The position numbers and the translations under genes are program-made. From contig OZ252279.1 of NCBI GenBank assembly GCA_965250005.1, positions 270,001-302,000 of the forward strand: a stretch of DNA of 32,000 bases. Reading direction: 5' to 3'. The notes under the pieces are model-generated. The model was not told the origin of the DNA. It made no database searches and worked only from the letters and a program-made list of their open reading frames with translations. This DNA is from Demequinaceae bacterium (GTDB lineage: Bacteria > Actinomycetota > Actinomycetes > Actinomycetales > Demequinaceae). Shown here piece after piece: positions 18,649 through 29,263 of this stretch (its first letter is position 1; every line of letters begins with the position of its first letter).

Positions 18649-19530
18649 ATGACGGAACGCCCCGACAGGGCAGCGCCGCTCGCGGTCACGCTATCCAACG
18701 TGAAGGCTGATCGGGTTAAGCAAGTGCGCGCACTGTTGGGGCGTTCTGCGCGTTCCAGGGCCGGACAGTTCGTGGTCGAGGGACCCCAGGGCGTGCGTGA
18801 ACTGGTGGCGCACGCCCCTCAACGTGTCCGCGATGTCTACCTTTCCGAGTCCGCACACGCACGCGAGCCCGGAATTGGCGCATCCGCGCTTGCCGCAGGC
18901 CTTTTTGTCCACCTAGGCACGGATGAGGTGCTTGCCGCTATGAGCCCCGACAGTCAGGGGACGCTTGCCGCGGCGAGCATGTGGCGCGCCACGCTCGAAG
19001 AGGACCTTCCGCCAAAGCCGCAGCTCGTGGCCGTACTGAACGAGGTGCGCGACCCAGGCAACGTCGGCACAATAATTCGGGTGGCTGACTCTGCGGGCGC
19101 CGACGCGCTGATCCTCGCGGGGGAGACGGTGGACGTATTCAATCCCAAGGTGGTGCGCGCCACCGCAGGCAGCCTGTTCCACCTGCCAGTGATTCAGGAC
19201 GTGACCTTGGCGGCTGCTGCCGCGGCACTGCGGGACCGCGGGGTGCAGATTCTGGCGACCGCGGTCTCCAGCGACGACCAACTAGGAAGCGCCGAGGGCG
19301 CTGGGTCCGCGGAATCGCTTGCGCAGCCCACTGCGTGGCTACTCGGAAATGAATCGCGGGGGCTGTCCGAAGAACACCTAGCGCTTGTCGACCACGCGGT
19401 CCGTATCCCAATTTTCGGGTATGCGGAGTCTATGAATGTTGCCACCGCGGCGGCGGTTGTGTTCTACCAGTCGAGGTTGACAAATCTCACTCCCCACGAC
19501 GCCAAGAAAGCGCCTAGGCTCTCTCCATGA
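18649..19530 (+). CDS. TrmH/SpoU-family RNA 2'-O-methyltransferase
   Basis: GQFVVEGPQGVRELV, LNEVRDPGNVGTIIRVADSAGADALIL, WLLGNESRGLSEE, VRIPIFGYAESMNVATAAAVVFYQ. Confidence 0.93.
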   Translation: MTERPDRAAPLAVTLSNVKADRVKQVRALLGRSARSRAGQFVVEGPQGVRELVAHAPQRVRDVYLSESAHAREPGIGASALAAGLFVHLGTDEVLAAMSPDSQGTLAAASMWRATLEEDLPPKPQLVAVLNEVRDPGNVGTIIRVADSAGADALILAGETVDVFNPKVVRATAGSLFHLPVIQDVTLAAAAAALRDRGVQILATAVSSDDQLGSAEGAGSAESLAQPTAWLLGNESRGLSEEHLALVDHAVRIPIFGYAESMNVATAAAVVFYQSRLTNLTPHDAKKAPRLSP

Positions 19531-21173
19531 CCGTAGTCGCCGATGATGGCCGCGACCCGGGAGGTCGCCTTCCGCGCTTCTCTTTTGTGGTGGGCGTGGT
19601 GTCCGCGATTCTGGTCCTGCAGTTGCTCGCAGTCGCACTCGTGGGCTTCTTAGTTGAGCGCGACGCTGAGAGCGCGACGGAAGATGCTTTCAACTACATC
19701 GGCGATGCGACAACAGTGCGTGTGGTCCACTTTCTCGAACCCGCCCAGCGCTTGGTGTTTCAGACGGCCTACTCGCTCGAGAATGGCTTCGGAAGCGAAG
19801 ATCCCGACGAGCTCGCCGAGCACCTCTTTGAGGAAATCCACTTCTATCCGCAACTTGCAGGAATATTCGTGGGCTACCCGAATGGCGACTTCGTCTTTGT
19901 ACGTCAACTCGTCACTGGCTTCGAGGTCAAAATCATCAGCGCGGAACCCGAGCGCCGCGTGACCGTCTACCTGTACGATGACCGGTACACGCTGCGATCG
20001 TTTTGGGTGCTCACTGACGACATGTACGATCCGCGCGCGCGCGTTTGGTACGAGGACGCGTCCCGGGACCCCCACGCGATTTGGACGGATCCGTACGTTT
20101 TCCACTCCTCGGGAGCTCCCGGCGTCACCATGGCACAGGCCGTATACGGCGAGGACGGAGAGATCAAAGCGGTGGTGGGCGCGGACATCGAATTATCGGA
20201 AATATCCACGTTCCTAGACGGGCTACCGGTCGGTTCGGACGGCGAAGCCTTTGTGCTCACTGGCGAGCGTGAGGTTATCGCCGCGCCTAGTCGCTACGAC
20301 GAGTTGGTGGTTGCCGCACGCGGAGAAGCGGGGCTCACCGTTTCTGCGGAGGCCCTGGGGCTTGAGCTTCCGGCGCTGCCCGAAGAGTTCAACCGAGAAA
20401 TCGGCGTGTTTGGTCGCAACGGCGATTACGTGACGCTCGAGCGGGGCTTCCCGCGGGAATCCTTGATCGGCTGGACGATTCACCTGCGGGCAACTGAAGC
20501 GGGGCTCTCCCCAGGCATCGGCTCGTTCCAGCGGACCAGCCTGTGGTACTCGGGCGCGATAGCGCTGCTGGTATTGGCGGCGTCCTTTTTGGTCTATCAA
20601 CTCCGCCATCCGCTTGTTGAACTCCAGGCGCGCGCCTCCACGGATGACCTCACGAGGCTCGCCAACCGCTACGAGTTCCGCAGGCGCGGACAGGTCATGG
20701 TGGACGCGGCGTACGAGCGCGCAGAACCAATCTGCGTCGCCATGTTCGACTTGGACGATTTCAAGCGCATCAACGACACTGACGGGCACTCCGCTGGCGA
20801 TCGTGCTCTCCGTACGGCGGCTGATTCGCTGCGCGACGGCACCGGGCCGGATGACTTGGTCGCACGGTTCGGCGGAGACGAGTTTGTTGTTGTCAGGCTG
20901 GTGGGAGATGTGGCCGTGCCCTATCAGGCAGTCGAGCGCATACGCGACCATATGGAGCGCGGCATCAACAAGCGTCGCCGCCCCGGGGAGATGATTGGGG
21001 TTACCGCGGGCTTCGCGCTGAGCGGTCCGGACTATCGCGACCTGAAGGCTCTCGCTCAGGCAGCCGACGCTGCGTTGGTCGCGGGCAAGCGCGCGGGCAA
21101 GGGACAGACGCACGGAGCGGACGATGCTAGCGAGGGCACCGAACGGCGCAGATCTCGCTCCAAAATCCTCTAG
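19527..21173 (+). CDS. CACHE-like sensor membrane diguanylate cyclase 1
   Basis: N-terminal TM, extracytoplasmic MYDPRARVWYEDASRDPHAIWTDPYVF, second TM SGAIALLVLAASFLVYQL, GGDEF domain with DDFKRINDTDGH and ARFGGDEFVVV. Confidence 0.9.
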   Translation: MTVVADDGRDPGGRLPRFSFVVGVVSAILVLQLLAVALVGFLVERDAESATEDAFNYIGDATTVRVVHFLEPAQRLVFQTAYSLENGFGSEDPDELAEHLFEEIHFYPQLAGIFVGYPNGDFVFVRQLVTGFEVKIISAEPERRVTVYLYDDRYTLRSFWVLTDDMYDPRARVWYEDASRDPHAIWTDPYVFHSSGAPGVTMAQAVYGEDGEIKAVVGADIELSEISTFLDGLPVGSDGEAFVLTGEREVIAAPSRYDELVVAARGEAGLTVSAEALGLELPALPEEFNREIGVFGRNGDYVTLERGFPRESLIGWTIHLRATEAGLSPGIGSFQRTSLWYSGAIALLVLAASFLVYQLRHPLVELQARASTDDLTRLANRYEFRRRGQVMVDAAYERAEPICVAMFDLDDFKRINDTDGHSAGDRALRTAADSLRDGTGPDDLVARFGGDEFVVVRLVGDVAVPYQAVERIRDHMERGINKRRRPGEMIGVTAGFALSGPDYRDLKALAQAADAALVAGKRAGKGQTHGADDASEGTERRRSRSKIL

Positions 21174-21233
21174 GTGCGCCGGGTGTGGTGATTCTCTCGT
21201 CAGGATGGGCGCGCGGGAACCTACACTGAAGAA

Positions 21234-22841
21234 ATGACGCGAGCGAAGACGTCTGTCGCTGAGCGGCTCGGATCGCGCCGCCTCATGCGCGCTGTTGCGG
21301 GCGTTGCCGCCTCGGTTCTTCTCCTCCAACTGGTGATCACGGTGGTCGCGCTCGTCCAAATTGACAAGAGAAACAACGCTGCGGCCGAGGAGGCATTCAA
21401 CTTTGTTGGCTCCGCGACTGTCGAGAGCGTCGGGCGGTACCTCGACGACGCCAGCCAGGCCGTCGAGTCATTGGCGGTCGACGTAGCCGGCAGCGACCTG
21501 GACATATATGACGGCTCGTTGCAGTTCGCGTTGTACCAACACCTCCGTAGCCAGGACTACCTGAGCGCGCTCTACGTTGGCTTTGATAACGGCGACTTCG
21601 CGATTCTGCGCCGCGACCCGGATAGCCGCGGCTACAAATTGCGCCAGATCGTATCTGAGCCGATACGAGTGGTATCGGACGAGTACTACGACATCTCGTT
21701 TGTGTACTTGTCGAACGAGATCTTGGTCGACGGCTATGACCCTCGCGCGCGTCCGTGGTACGCGCTGGCGACGGGCAGTGTTGGCGCGGCGTGGACAGAT
21801 CCGTACGTCTTTCACGAATCCCAGCGGCCCGGCGTGACGGTCACGATCGCCAGCCGTACTTTTTTTGGCGCGCCAGCCGTTGCCGGTGCGGACTTGCAGC
21901 TCGATGAACTTGGCGAAATCTTGGACGACCTGCCCTTGGGTGAAGACGGGGAGGCATTCTTGCTGTCCTCGGACAGGACGGTGGTCGCTGCGCCCAGCAG
22001 GTACGCGAATCGGATCGTCAACTATGCGAAGGACGTGGGTTCCACCATCCCCGCAGAGAAGTTGGGCATCCTCACCTCCGCTCCATTGACGGGAAGCAGC
22101 GAACTGCGCGCGTTCGGCACGGATGGGGATCACGTCACGCTCGAGACTCGAATTCCCAACGACAATGGCGCGGACTGGATACTGCACATTAGGGCCACCG
22201 CGTCCGGGATAGCGCCCGAACTTGAAGCCGCTCAAAGCACCATTCTGTGGCTGACGGTGCCGAACGTGGTGCTGCTGTTCATTGCGGCAGGGCTGTTCGC
22301 GATCATGTTGCGCCCCATCAGAGACATGCGCACGCGCGCTGAAACGGATTCGCTCACAGGGTTGTCGAATCGCCACGAGTTCTTCACAGAGGGCCAGCGG
22401 ACGGTGGCGTCCGCTCAGGCGGACGGCCGCGCGCTTGCCGTTGTCACGCTCGATCTTGACAATTTCAAGGCGGTCAACGACAGATTCGGTCACGGCGTGG
22501 GGGATGAGGCACTGCGTACGGTGGGGCGCGCGATCGCTGAAGTGGTGCGTACCAGAGACGTCGCGGGGCGACTGGGAGGCGACGAGTTTGCGATCGTTCT
22601 CAATCTCGACAAGGGCTCCAACGTCCGGAAAATCGTAGACGGTATTCGCACTCGCGTGTCGACCCGCATCACGAGCGTGTTCCCCGCTGCGATCCGCCCG
22701 GGCGTAACCGCAGGGTTCGCGGTGCTGAACAAGGAGCAGGCGTCGCTTGAGCGCGTGCTGCGCGCGGCCGACGAGGCGATGATTGAGGGCAAGCGGGTGA
22801 GCAAGGGCGCGACATACCCTGCCAGGCGCAAGACCACGTAG
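21234..22841 (+). CDS. CACHE-like sensor membrane diguanylate cyclase 2
   Basis: YDPRARPWYALATG...WTDPYVF, second TM LTVPNVVLLFIAAGLFAIM, DNFKAVNDRFGH and GRLGGDEFAIV. Confidence 0.9.
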   Translation: MTRAKTSVAERLGSRRLMRAVAGVAASVLLLQLVITVVALVQIDKRNNAAAEEAFNFVGSATVESVGRYLDDASQAVESLAVDVAGSDLDIYDGSLQFALYQHLRSQDYLSALYVGFDNGDFAILRRDPDSRGYKLRQIVSEPIRVVSDEYYDISFVYLSNEILVDGYDPRARPWYALATGSVGAAWTDPYVFHESQRPGVTVTIASRTFFGAPAVAGADLQLDELGEILDDLPLGEDGEAFLLSSDRTVVAAPSRYANRIVNYAKDVGSTIPAEKLGILTSAPLTGSSELRAFGTDGDHVTLETRIPNDNGADWILHIRATASGIAPELEAAQSTILWLTVPNVVLLFIAAGLFAIMLRPIRDMRTRAETDSLTGLSNRHEFFTEGQRTVASAQADGRALAVVTLDLDNFKAVNDRFGHGVGDEALRTVGRAIAEVVRTRDVAGRLGGDEFAIVLNLDKGSNVRKIVDGIRTRVSTRITSVFPAAIRPGVTAGFAVLNKEQASLERVLRAADEAMIEGKRVSKGATYPARRKTT

Positions 22842-22902
22842 CTGACGGCCCGGACGGAGCGGCGTTCCCCCACCATCGGACGTGTCTGCGTACAATCCCC
22901 AC

Positions 22903-24678
22903 ATGGCACGAACCCCTAGGAGGGCGCCCGCCGGCGGGCGCAGAGGTCTAGAGTTTTCTGCTGTGGTGGCGGTTGTGGGCGCCGTCCTGCTGCTGCAAGT
23001 CGCGGCGTCTAGCTTCGCCGGGGCGGCCGCGCTCCGCGACGCGGACACTGCTACGGGAGATATCTTCGTGTTTACGGCAGATGTGACCGCTGAACGCATC
23101 CTCGACTTCCTCGACCCGGCCATCGAGGCCTCGTGGAGTGCGGAATCGGCGATTCTCAATGCCGGCCCCCTGGACTTCTTCGGGGCGGACCCCTTCGCTG
23201 ACCTAGAGGACCCGCTCGCAGCGTTAGAGGATCCGATCTTTGATGAGGACGGCTTCCTGTTTGGAGACGTGGACCCGCTGGTCGCGACGGTTGACACTTT
23301 GGCCATAGAAGACTTCAGGGCGGCGATGGCTAACGACGTGCAACTTTCGGGGATTCTCGTGGCGTTCGCTGACGGGACCGTCTATGGCGTGTCGCGAGGA
23401 CCCACCGGCTGGACCGAGGTCACGGGTAGGCCCGGCACCGCCGAGCCGTATCTGAGCGTGTTCCACGGAGTGGCGGGAGCGCCCGCCGAGCCCGAGGTGT
23501 GGGAGCGAGGTCACCCCTACATCAAGACGTCCTGGTTTGCGGCCGGAGCGGCGGCGGTGGAGCCGACCTGGTTTGGCCTCACACCTTCCGAAATCGGCGT
23601 GCAGCCTGTTCTCTCCGTTGTTACAGGTGTGCGCGGCTGGGATGGGGAACTGATTGCAGTCGTGCGGGTCGAACTCGAGAACCTCATTCTTTCGGAATTC
23701 TTGACGGCCCTGCCTATCGGTGAGGATGGCGAGGCGTTCCTGCTCTCTGAGGAGCGAGGAGTGATCGCTGCGCCAGAGCAGTACAACGCCGACCTTGCGG
23801 CGCTGCGAATTGACGCCGCGGGCCCGGAGCTTCAAGGTGACGGACCGGGCGTGGATACTGAGGGCGGCCAGCCGAGCGGCCCCCCTGACGGCCCCGTTAA
23901 CAGCGGTCACGACGCTACCGAGCTGGGCATTGAGGTCCCCGATGCAGACTCGATTGATCGGGTCCACGAGCAGGGCGACTATCTGGTGTTCGAGACGCCA
24001 TTGTCGGAGGACGGAAACCCGAACTGGTCGGTGCACTTGCGCGCCTCCGCCGGCGGCATCGCCCCGGGCATCGCCTCGTTCGAGCGGACCATGCTGACCT
24101 ACTCGATCGTGATCGGTGCGGTTGTTGTTCTGGGAGCCCTGCTGGTGATGTTGCTCCGCGGGCCGCTGCAGCGCCTTCGCGAGCGCGCGGCGCACGATAC
24201 CCTCACGGGCCTGGTCAACCGCGGCGAGTTCATGGCACGCGGCTCAGAAATGCTTGAGGCGGCGGAGAGGCGCGGCGGAACCGTCGCGGTCGCGATGTTC
24301 GACCTTGACAACTTCAAGCGGGTTAACGACACCCTTGGCCACGACGCGGGAGATGACGCACTGGTCGTGACGGCGCGCGCTCTCGAGCGCGGCTCTGGAC
24401 CGCGAGACGTGGTGGGCCGCTTCGGTGGTGACGAGTTTGTGATTGCGCACTGGATTGCCGACGGTGAAAACGCGGTCGGTGCGATCGAACGGATCCGTGC
24501 GCACGTGATGACGGAGCTTCGCAGCGGGCGGCTGCATGACTCGGACGTAGGCGTTTCAGCGGGCTTCTCTAGCTCTGGCGCAGGCGTGAATGATCTGGGC
24601 GCGCTCATCAGCGCCGCGGACGAGGCACTCGTGGCAGGCAAGGCCGAAGCGAAGGGCACCACGTACGCCGCGCGCTAG
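22903..24678 (+). CDS. membrane sensor diguanylate cyclase 3 (diverged sensor domain)
   Basis: TM near N-terminus and MLTYSIVIGAVVVLGALLVML; DNFKRVNDTLGH and GRFGGDEFVIAHW; ATG at 22903 preferred, GTG at 22882 possible. Confidence 0.88.
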   Translation: MARTPRRAPAGGRRGLEFSAVVAVVGAVLLLQVAASSFAGAAALRDADTATGDIFVFTADVTAERILDFLDPAIEASWSAESAILNAGPLDFFGADPFADLEDPLAALEDPIFDEDGFLFGDVDPLVATVDTLAIEDFRAAMANDVQLSGILVAFADGTVYGVSRGPTGWTEVTGRPGTAEPYLSVFHGVAGAPAEPEVWERGHPYIKTSWFAAGAAAVEPTWFGLTPSEIGVQPVLSVVTGVRGWDGELIAVVRVELENLILSEFLTALPIGEDGEAFLLSEERGVIAAPEQYNADLAALRIDAAGPELQGDGPGVDTEGGQPSGPPDGPVNSGHDATELGIEVPDADSIDRVHEQGDYLVFETPLSEDGNPNWSVHLRASAGGIAPGIASFERTMLTYSIVIGAVVVLGALLVMLLRGPLQRLRERAAHDTLTGLVNRGEFMARGSEMLEAAERRGGTVAVAMFDLDNFKRVNDTLGHDAGDDALVVTARALERGSGPRDVVGRFGGDEFVIAHWIADGENAVGAIERIRAHVMTELRSGRLHDSDVGVSAGFSSSGAGVNDLGALISAADEALVAGKAEAKGTTYAAR

Positions 24679-24728
24679 TGCGGCGCGTTCGCTAGGGTGA
24701 CGACACACCACGAATCGAAAGGCCTCCC

Positions 24729-25223
24729 ATGGCGTCCGAGTACGACAAGACTCTGCCCAACATTCCCCTCGACGTGCCCGGCGCTGCAGGCGTGGTCACC
24801 ATCGGAAACTGGAAGACCAGCAAGCCGTTCATCGCGGTTAATGCGGTGCGTATAGTCTCCGGGCTTGGCTCTACATTTAAGATCCCGATGGCTGATGGAA
24901 CCGAGAAGAAGGCCAAGATCAAGATGAGCATGCTCGGGTACTTCTTGGTCCAAATCGATGGAAAACGAGTCTTCGAATCGGAGAAGCTCGAAACCGGGCT
25001 CGTCGTCGTGTCGCTGACTCCGTTGCTCAACCTCATCCTGCTGGGTGGACTGTTTGGCTTCGCGCTCGCATTCGGTCTGGTGACCGCCAACTACGCGATC
25101 ATTCGGAACGAGAATCTGTCGAGGACCGCAAGGTACCTGCTTCCGCTTGCGCTAGCAGCCGTGGGCGCTGTGGTCGCGGTGATGATCGGGATCGCGGTTC
25201 TCGCTTCCCGGGGCGAACTGTAG
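24729..25223 (+). CDS. hypothetical membrane protein with two C-terminal TM segments
   Basis: MASEYDKTLPNIPLDVPGAAGVVTIGNWKTSK... LLNLILLGGLFGFALAFGLVTANYAII...YLLPLALAAVGAVVAVMIGIAVLA. Confidence 0.7.
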   Translation: MASEYDKTLPNIPLDVPGAAGVVTIGNWKTSKPFIAVNAVRIVSGLGSTFKIPMADGTEKKAKIKMSMLGYFLVQIDGKRVFESEKLETGLVVVSLTPLLNLILLGGLFGFALAFGLVTANYAIIRNENLSRTARYLLPLALAAVGAVVAVMIGIAVLASRGEL

Positions 25224-25286
25224 CGCGCGCTCCTCGCGCGAATTCGACCGCAGGGCATGCGTTCGCCGGGTGCGCCGCGACGGTAG

Positions 25287-26449
<1,163 letters not shown>

Positions 26450-26450
<1 letters not shown>

Positions 26451-29146
26451 TGCCCTACGTACCCCTGGAGTGGCTGAGCGACTACGTGGACGTGCCCCCG
26501 GGCGCGACCCCGGAGTCCATTGCCGCCGCGCTGGTCAAGGTGGGCCTCGAGGAGGAGGGCGTTGTTTCCTCCGGCCTGGCCGGGCCGCTGGTGGTGGGAC
26601 GCGTGTTGTCCGCGGTCAAGGAGACCGCCTCGAACGGCAAGTCCATCAACTATTGCCGCGTGGACGTGGGCGCCGAGCACAATGACCCGACAGGACCCGG
26701 TAAGGGTCCAGACGCGGCCACCGAGTATCCGCCCAGCCGCGGCATCGTCTGCGGTGCGCACAACTTTGCCGAGGGCGACCTGGTCACCGTCGTGCTTCCT
26801 GGCGCCACTCTGCCCTCGACAACGGAGCCCGGCGGGTTCAAGATCTCCGCGCGCAAGACGTACGGCCACATCTCCGACGGTATGATCTGCTCCCGCAGTG
26901 AATTGAACATCGCGGAGCTAGGCATTGGCGACGACCACGACGGCATCCTCGTGCTCGCGAGCGCGAGCGGCGGGGAGGACGGCGGCTTCGACGGCGCGGC
27001 GATCAAGCCAGGAGACGACGCGATCGCCCTGCTCGGCCTGGACGCCGTGACGCTCGAGATCAACATCACTCCCGACCGCGGCTACTGCTTCTCCATGCGG
27101 GGCGTCGCCCGCGAGTACTCGCACTCCACGGGCGGAAAGTTCACCGACCCGGGGCTGCTCCCGCTCACCGGCACGCCCAAGGGCGGCGCGGCGTCGTCCA
27201 ACTTCGCAGTCGAGCTGGACGACAAGGCTCCCATCCGCGGCAACGACGGCTGCGACCGATTCGCCGCCCGCGTGCTGCGCGGCTTTGACCCGACGGCCGC
27301 GAGCCCGCAGTGGATGCAACAGCGCCTCACGCAGTCCGGCATGCGCCCCATCTCCCTGGTGGTGGACGTCACCAACTACGTGATGCTTGAGCTGGGCGTC
27401 CCGCTCCACGCGTACGACCTGGGCACGCTGACCGCGCCCATCGTGGTGCGCCGGGCCGCCGTCGATCCCAAAACCGGCGAGGGCGAGAAGCTGGTCACGC
27501 TCGAGGGCACGGAGCGCACGCTCCATCCCGAGGACATGGTGGTCGCTGATTCTCAGGGCGGGCACGGCAAGCGCGCCGTGGGCCTCGGCGGGGTCATGGG
27601 TGGGCTGGAGACGGAGATCACGGACGCCACCACGGACGTGCTGCTCGAGGGCGCGCACTGGGACCCGGTGACCATCGCCCGCACGTCCCGCCGCCACAAG
27701 ATGGGCAGCGAGGCCTCCAAGCGCGGGGAGCGCGGCGTGGACACAGCGCTCGCGCCGGTCGCGATTGAACGCGCACTGACGTTGATGCAGGAGTTCGGCG
27801 GCGGCGAGGTCGAAGACGTCTACACGGACATCAACACCGTGGCCAAGCTCGAGCCCATCGAGATGGCCGCGGACTTCCCGGACACCATCGTGGGCTTCGA
27901 GTACGGCCCGGTGACGGTGCGCGAATCGCTCGAGAAGATCGGCTGCGTCGTGGCCGCCAAGGCCGTGTCCAAGCAGGGCGGGGCGGGCGCCAACCTGTCC
28001 GTGCTGCCGCCCACGTGGCGCCCGGACCTCCGCGCCCCCATCGACCTGGTCGAGGAGGTCGCGCGCCTGCACGGCTACGACGACCTACCCTCGGCGCTGC
28101 CCACGGCCCCCGCGGGCCGCGGCTACACCCACGGTCAGCAGGTCCGCCGCAACGTGGCCCGCTCGCTCGCGGAGCACGGCCTGACCGAGGTGCAGACGTA
28201 CCCGTTCATCTCCGAGGAGCGGCTCGATGATCTGCGCACCCCGGCAGACGACCGCCGCCGCAACCTGGTCAAGCTCGCGAACCCCCTCAACGAGCAGCTG
28301 CCCTACCTGCGCCCGTTCCTGTTCTCCACGCTCGTGGACGCAGCCAAGGTGAACCTGGGCCGCGGCGCCGTGGATGTGGCGATCTTCGAGGTGGGCAAGA
28401 TCAACCGAGCCGAGGGCACGGGCAAGGCGGGGCGCCCCGGCGTGGACGCGCGCCCGTCCGCCAAGGAACTCGCGGCGATCGACGCGGCGCTGCCGCACGA
28501 GGACCTGCGCATCGGCGGAATCCTTGCGGGCAACCGCGTGGCCGCCGGCTGGAACGACGCCGCTCAGCCCGTGGACTGGTCCGACGCCCTGGCCGCCGCG
28601 ATGTCCGTTGTGGCCGCCGCGGGCGTCGAGGTCGAGGTGACCGCCGACGCGCACGATCCCTTCCACCCGGGCCGTTGCGCTGCGTTGTATCTAAAAGACG
28701 GCACGTCGGGGGACAAGCGCACGCTCGTGGGCCACGCGGGGGAGATCCACCCCAAAGTGCTCGAGAACCTCGGCCTGCCGGCGCGCTCGGTGTGCTTCGA
28801 GATCTCGCTCGACACGTTGATTGCCGCCTCCGAGGGTCAGTCCGTGCGGGCCGTGCCCGTGCTGACGCAGCCGCTCGCCAAGGAAGACTTCGCGTTCGTG
28901 GTGGACGCTGGCCTGGTGGCGGAGTCGCTGGTCGCGACCGTCCGTGTTGCCGCTGGCGACCTCCTGGAGGACGCGCACGTGTTCGACGTCTACATGGGCG
29001 AGCAGGTGGGCGAGGGCAAGAAGTCGCTCGCCGTGAACGTGAAGTTGCGTGCCGCCGACAGGACGCTCGATGCCGAGGAGATCCTCGGTGTGCGCAAGGC
29101 GATCATCACCGGCGCCGAGAAGGCGCACGGCGCGGTGCTGCGGTAG
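26450..29146 (+). CDS. pheT: phenylalanine-tRNA ligase beta subunit
   Basis: MPYVPLEWLSDYVDVPPGATPESIAAALVKVGLEEEG, GIVCGAHNFAEGDLV, EINITPDRGYCFSMRGVAREYS, PTWRPDLRAPIDLVEEVARLHGYDDLPS, FDVYMGEQVGEGKKSLAVNVKLRAADRTL. Confidence 0.97.
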
Positions 29147-29263
29147 AGCCCACCTGGAAAATACGACGGTGCGCCCCGCGACAGTCGCGCATTGTGTTCA
29201 TCGACAACAGGCGGCTGCGGCGCGGGAACCCGTGAAGTCATACCCTTTGGATACTGTTGCTGC

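Noticed and set aside
21468-23306. 612-aa minus-strand ORF across two GGDEF genes
   Set aside because: Spans two well-supported + strand genes and their intergenic gap; a shadow ORF despite its length.
24662-24695. GCCGC/GCGGC hairpin at the end of the third GGDEF gene as a terminator
   Set aside because: Very short stem overlapping the stop codon, no U-tract, likely chance in this GC content.
26918-28072. 384-aa minus-strand ORF inside pheT
   Set aside because: Antisense to pheT; GC-driven shadow ORF.
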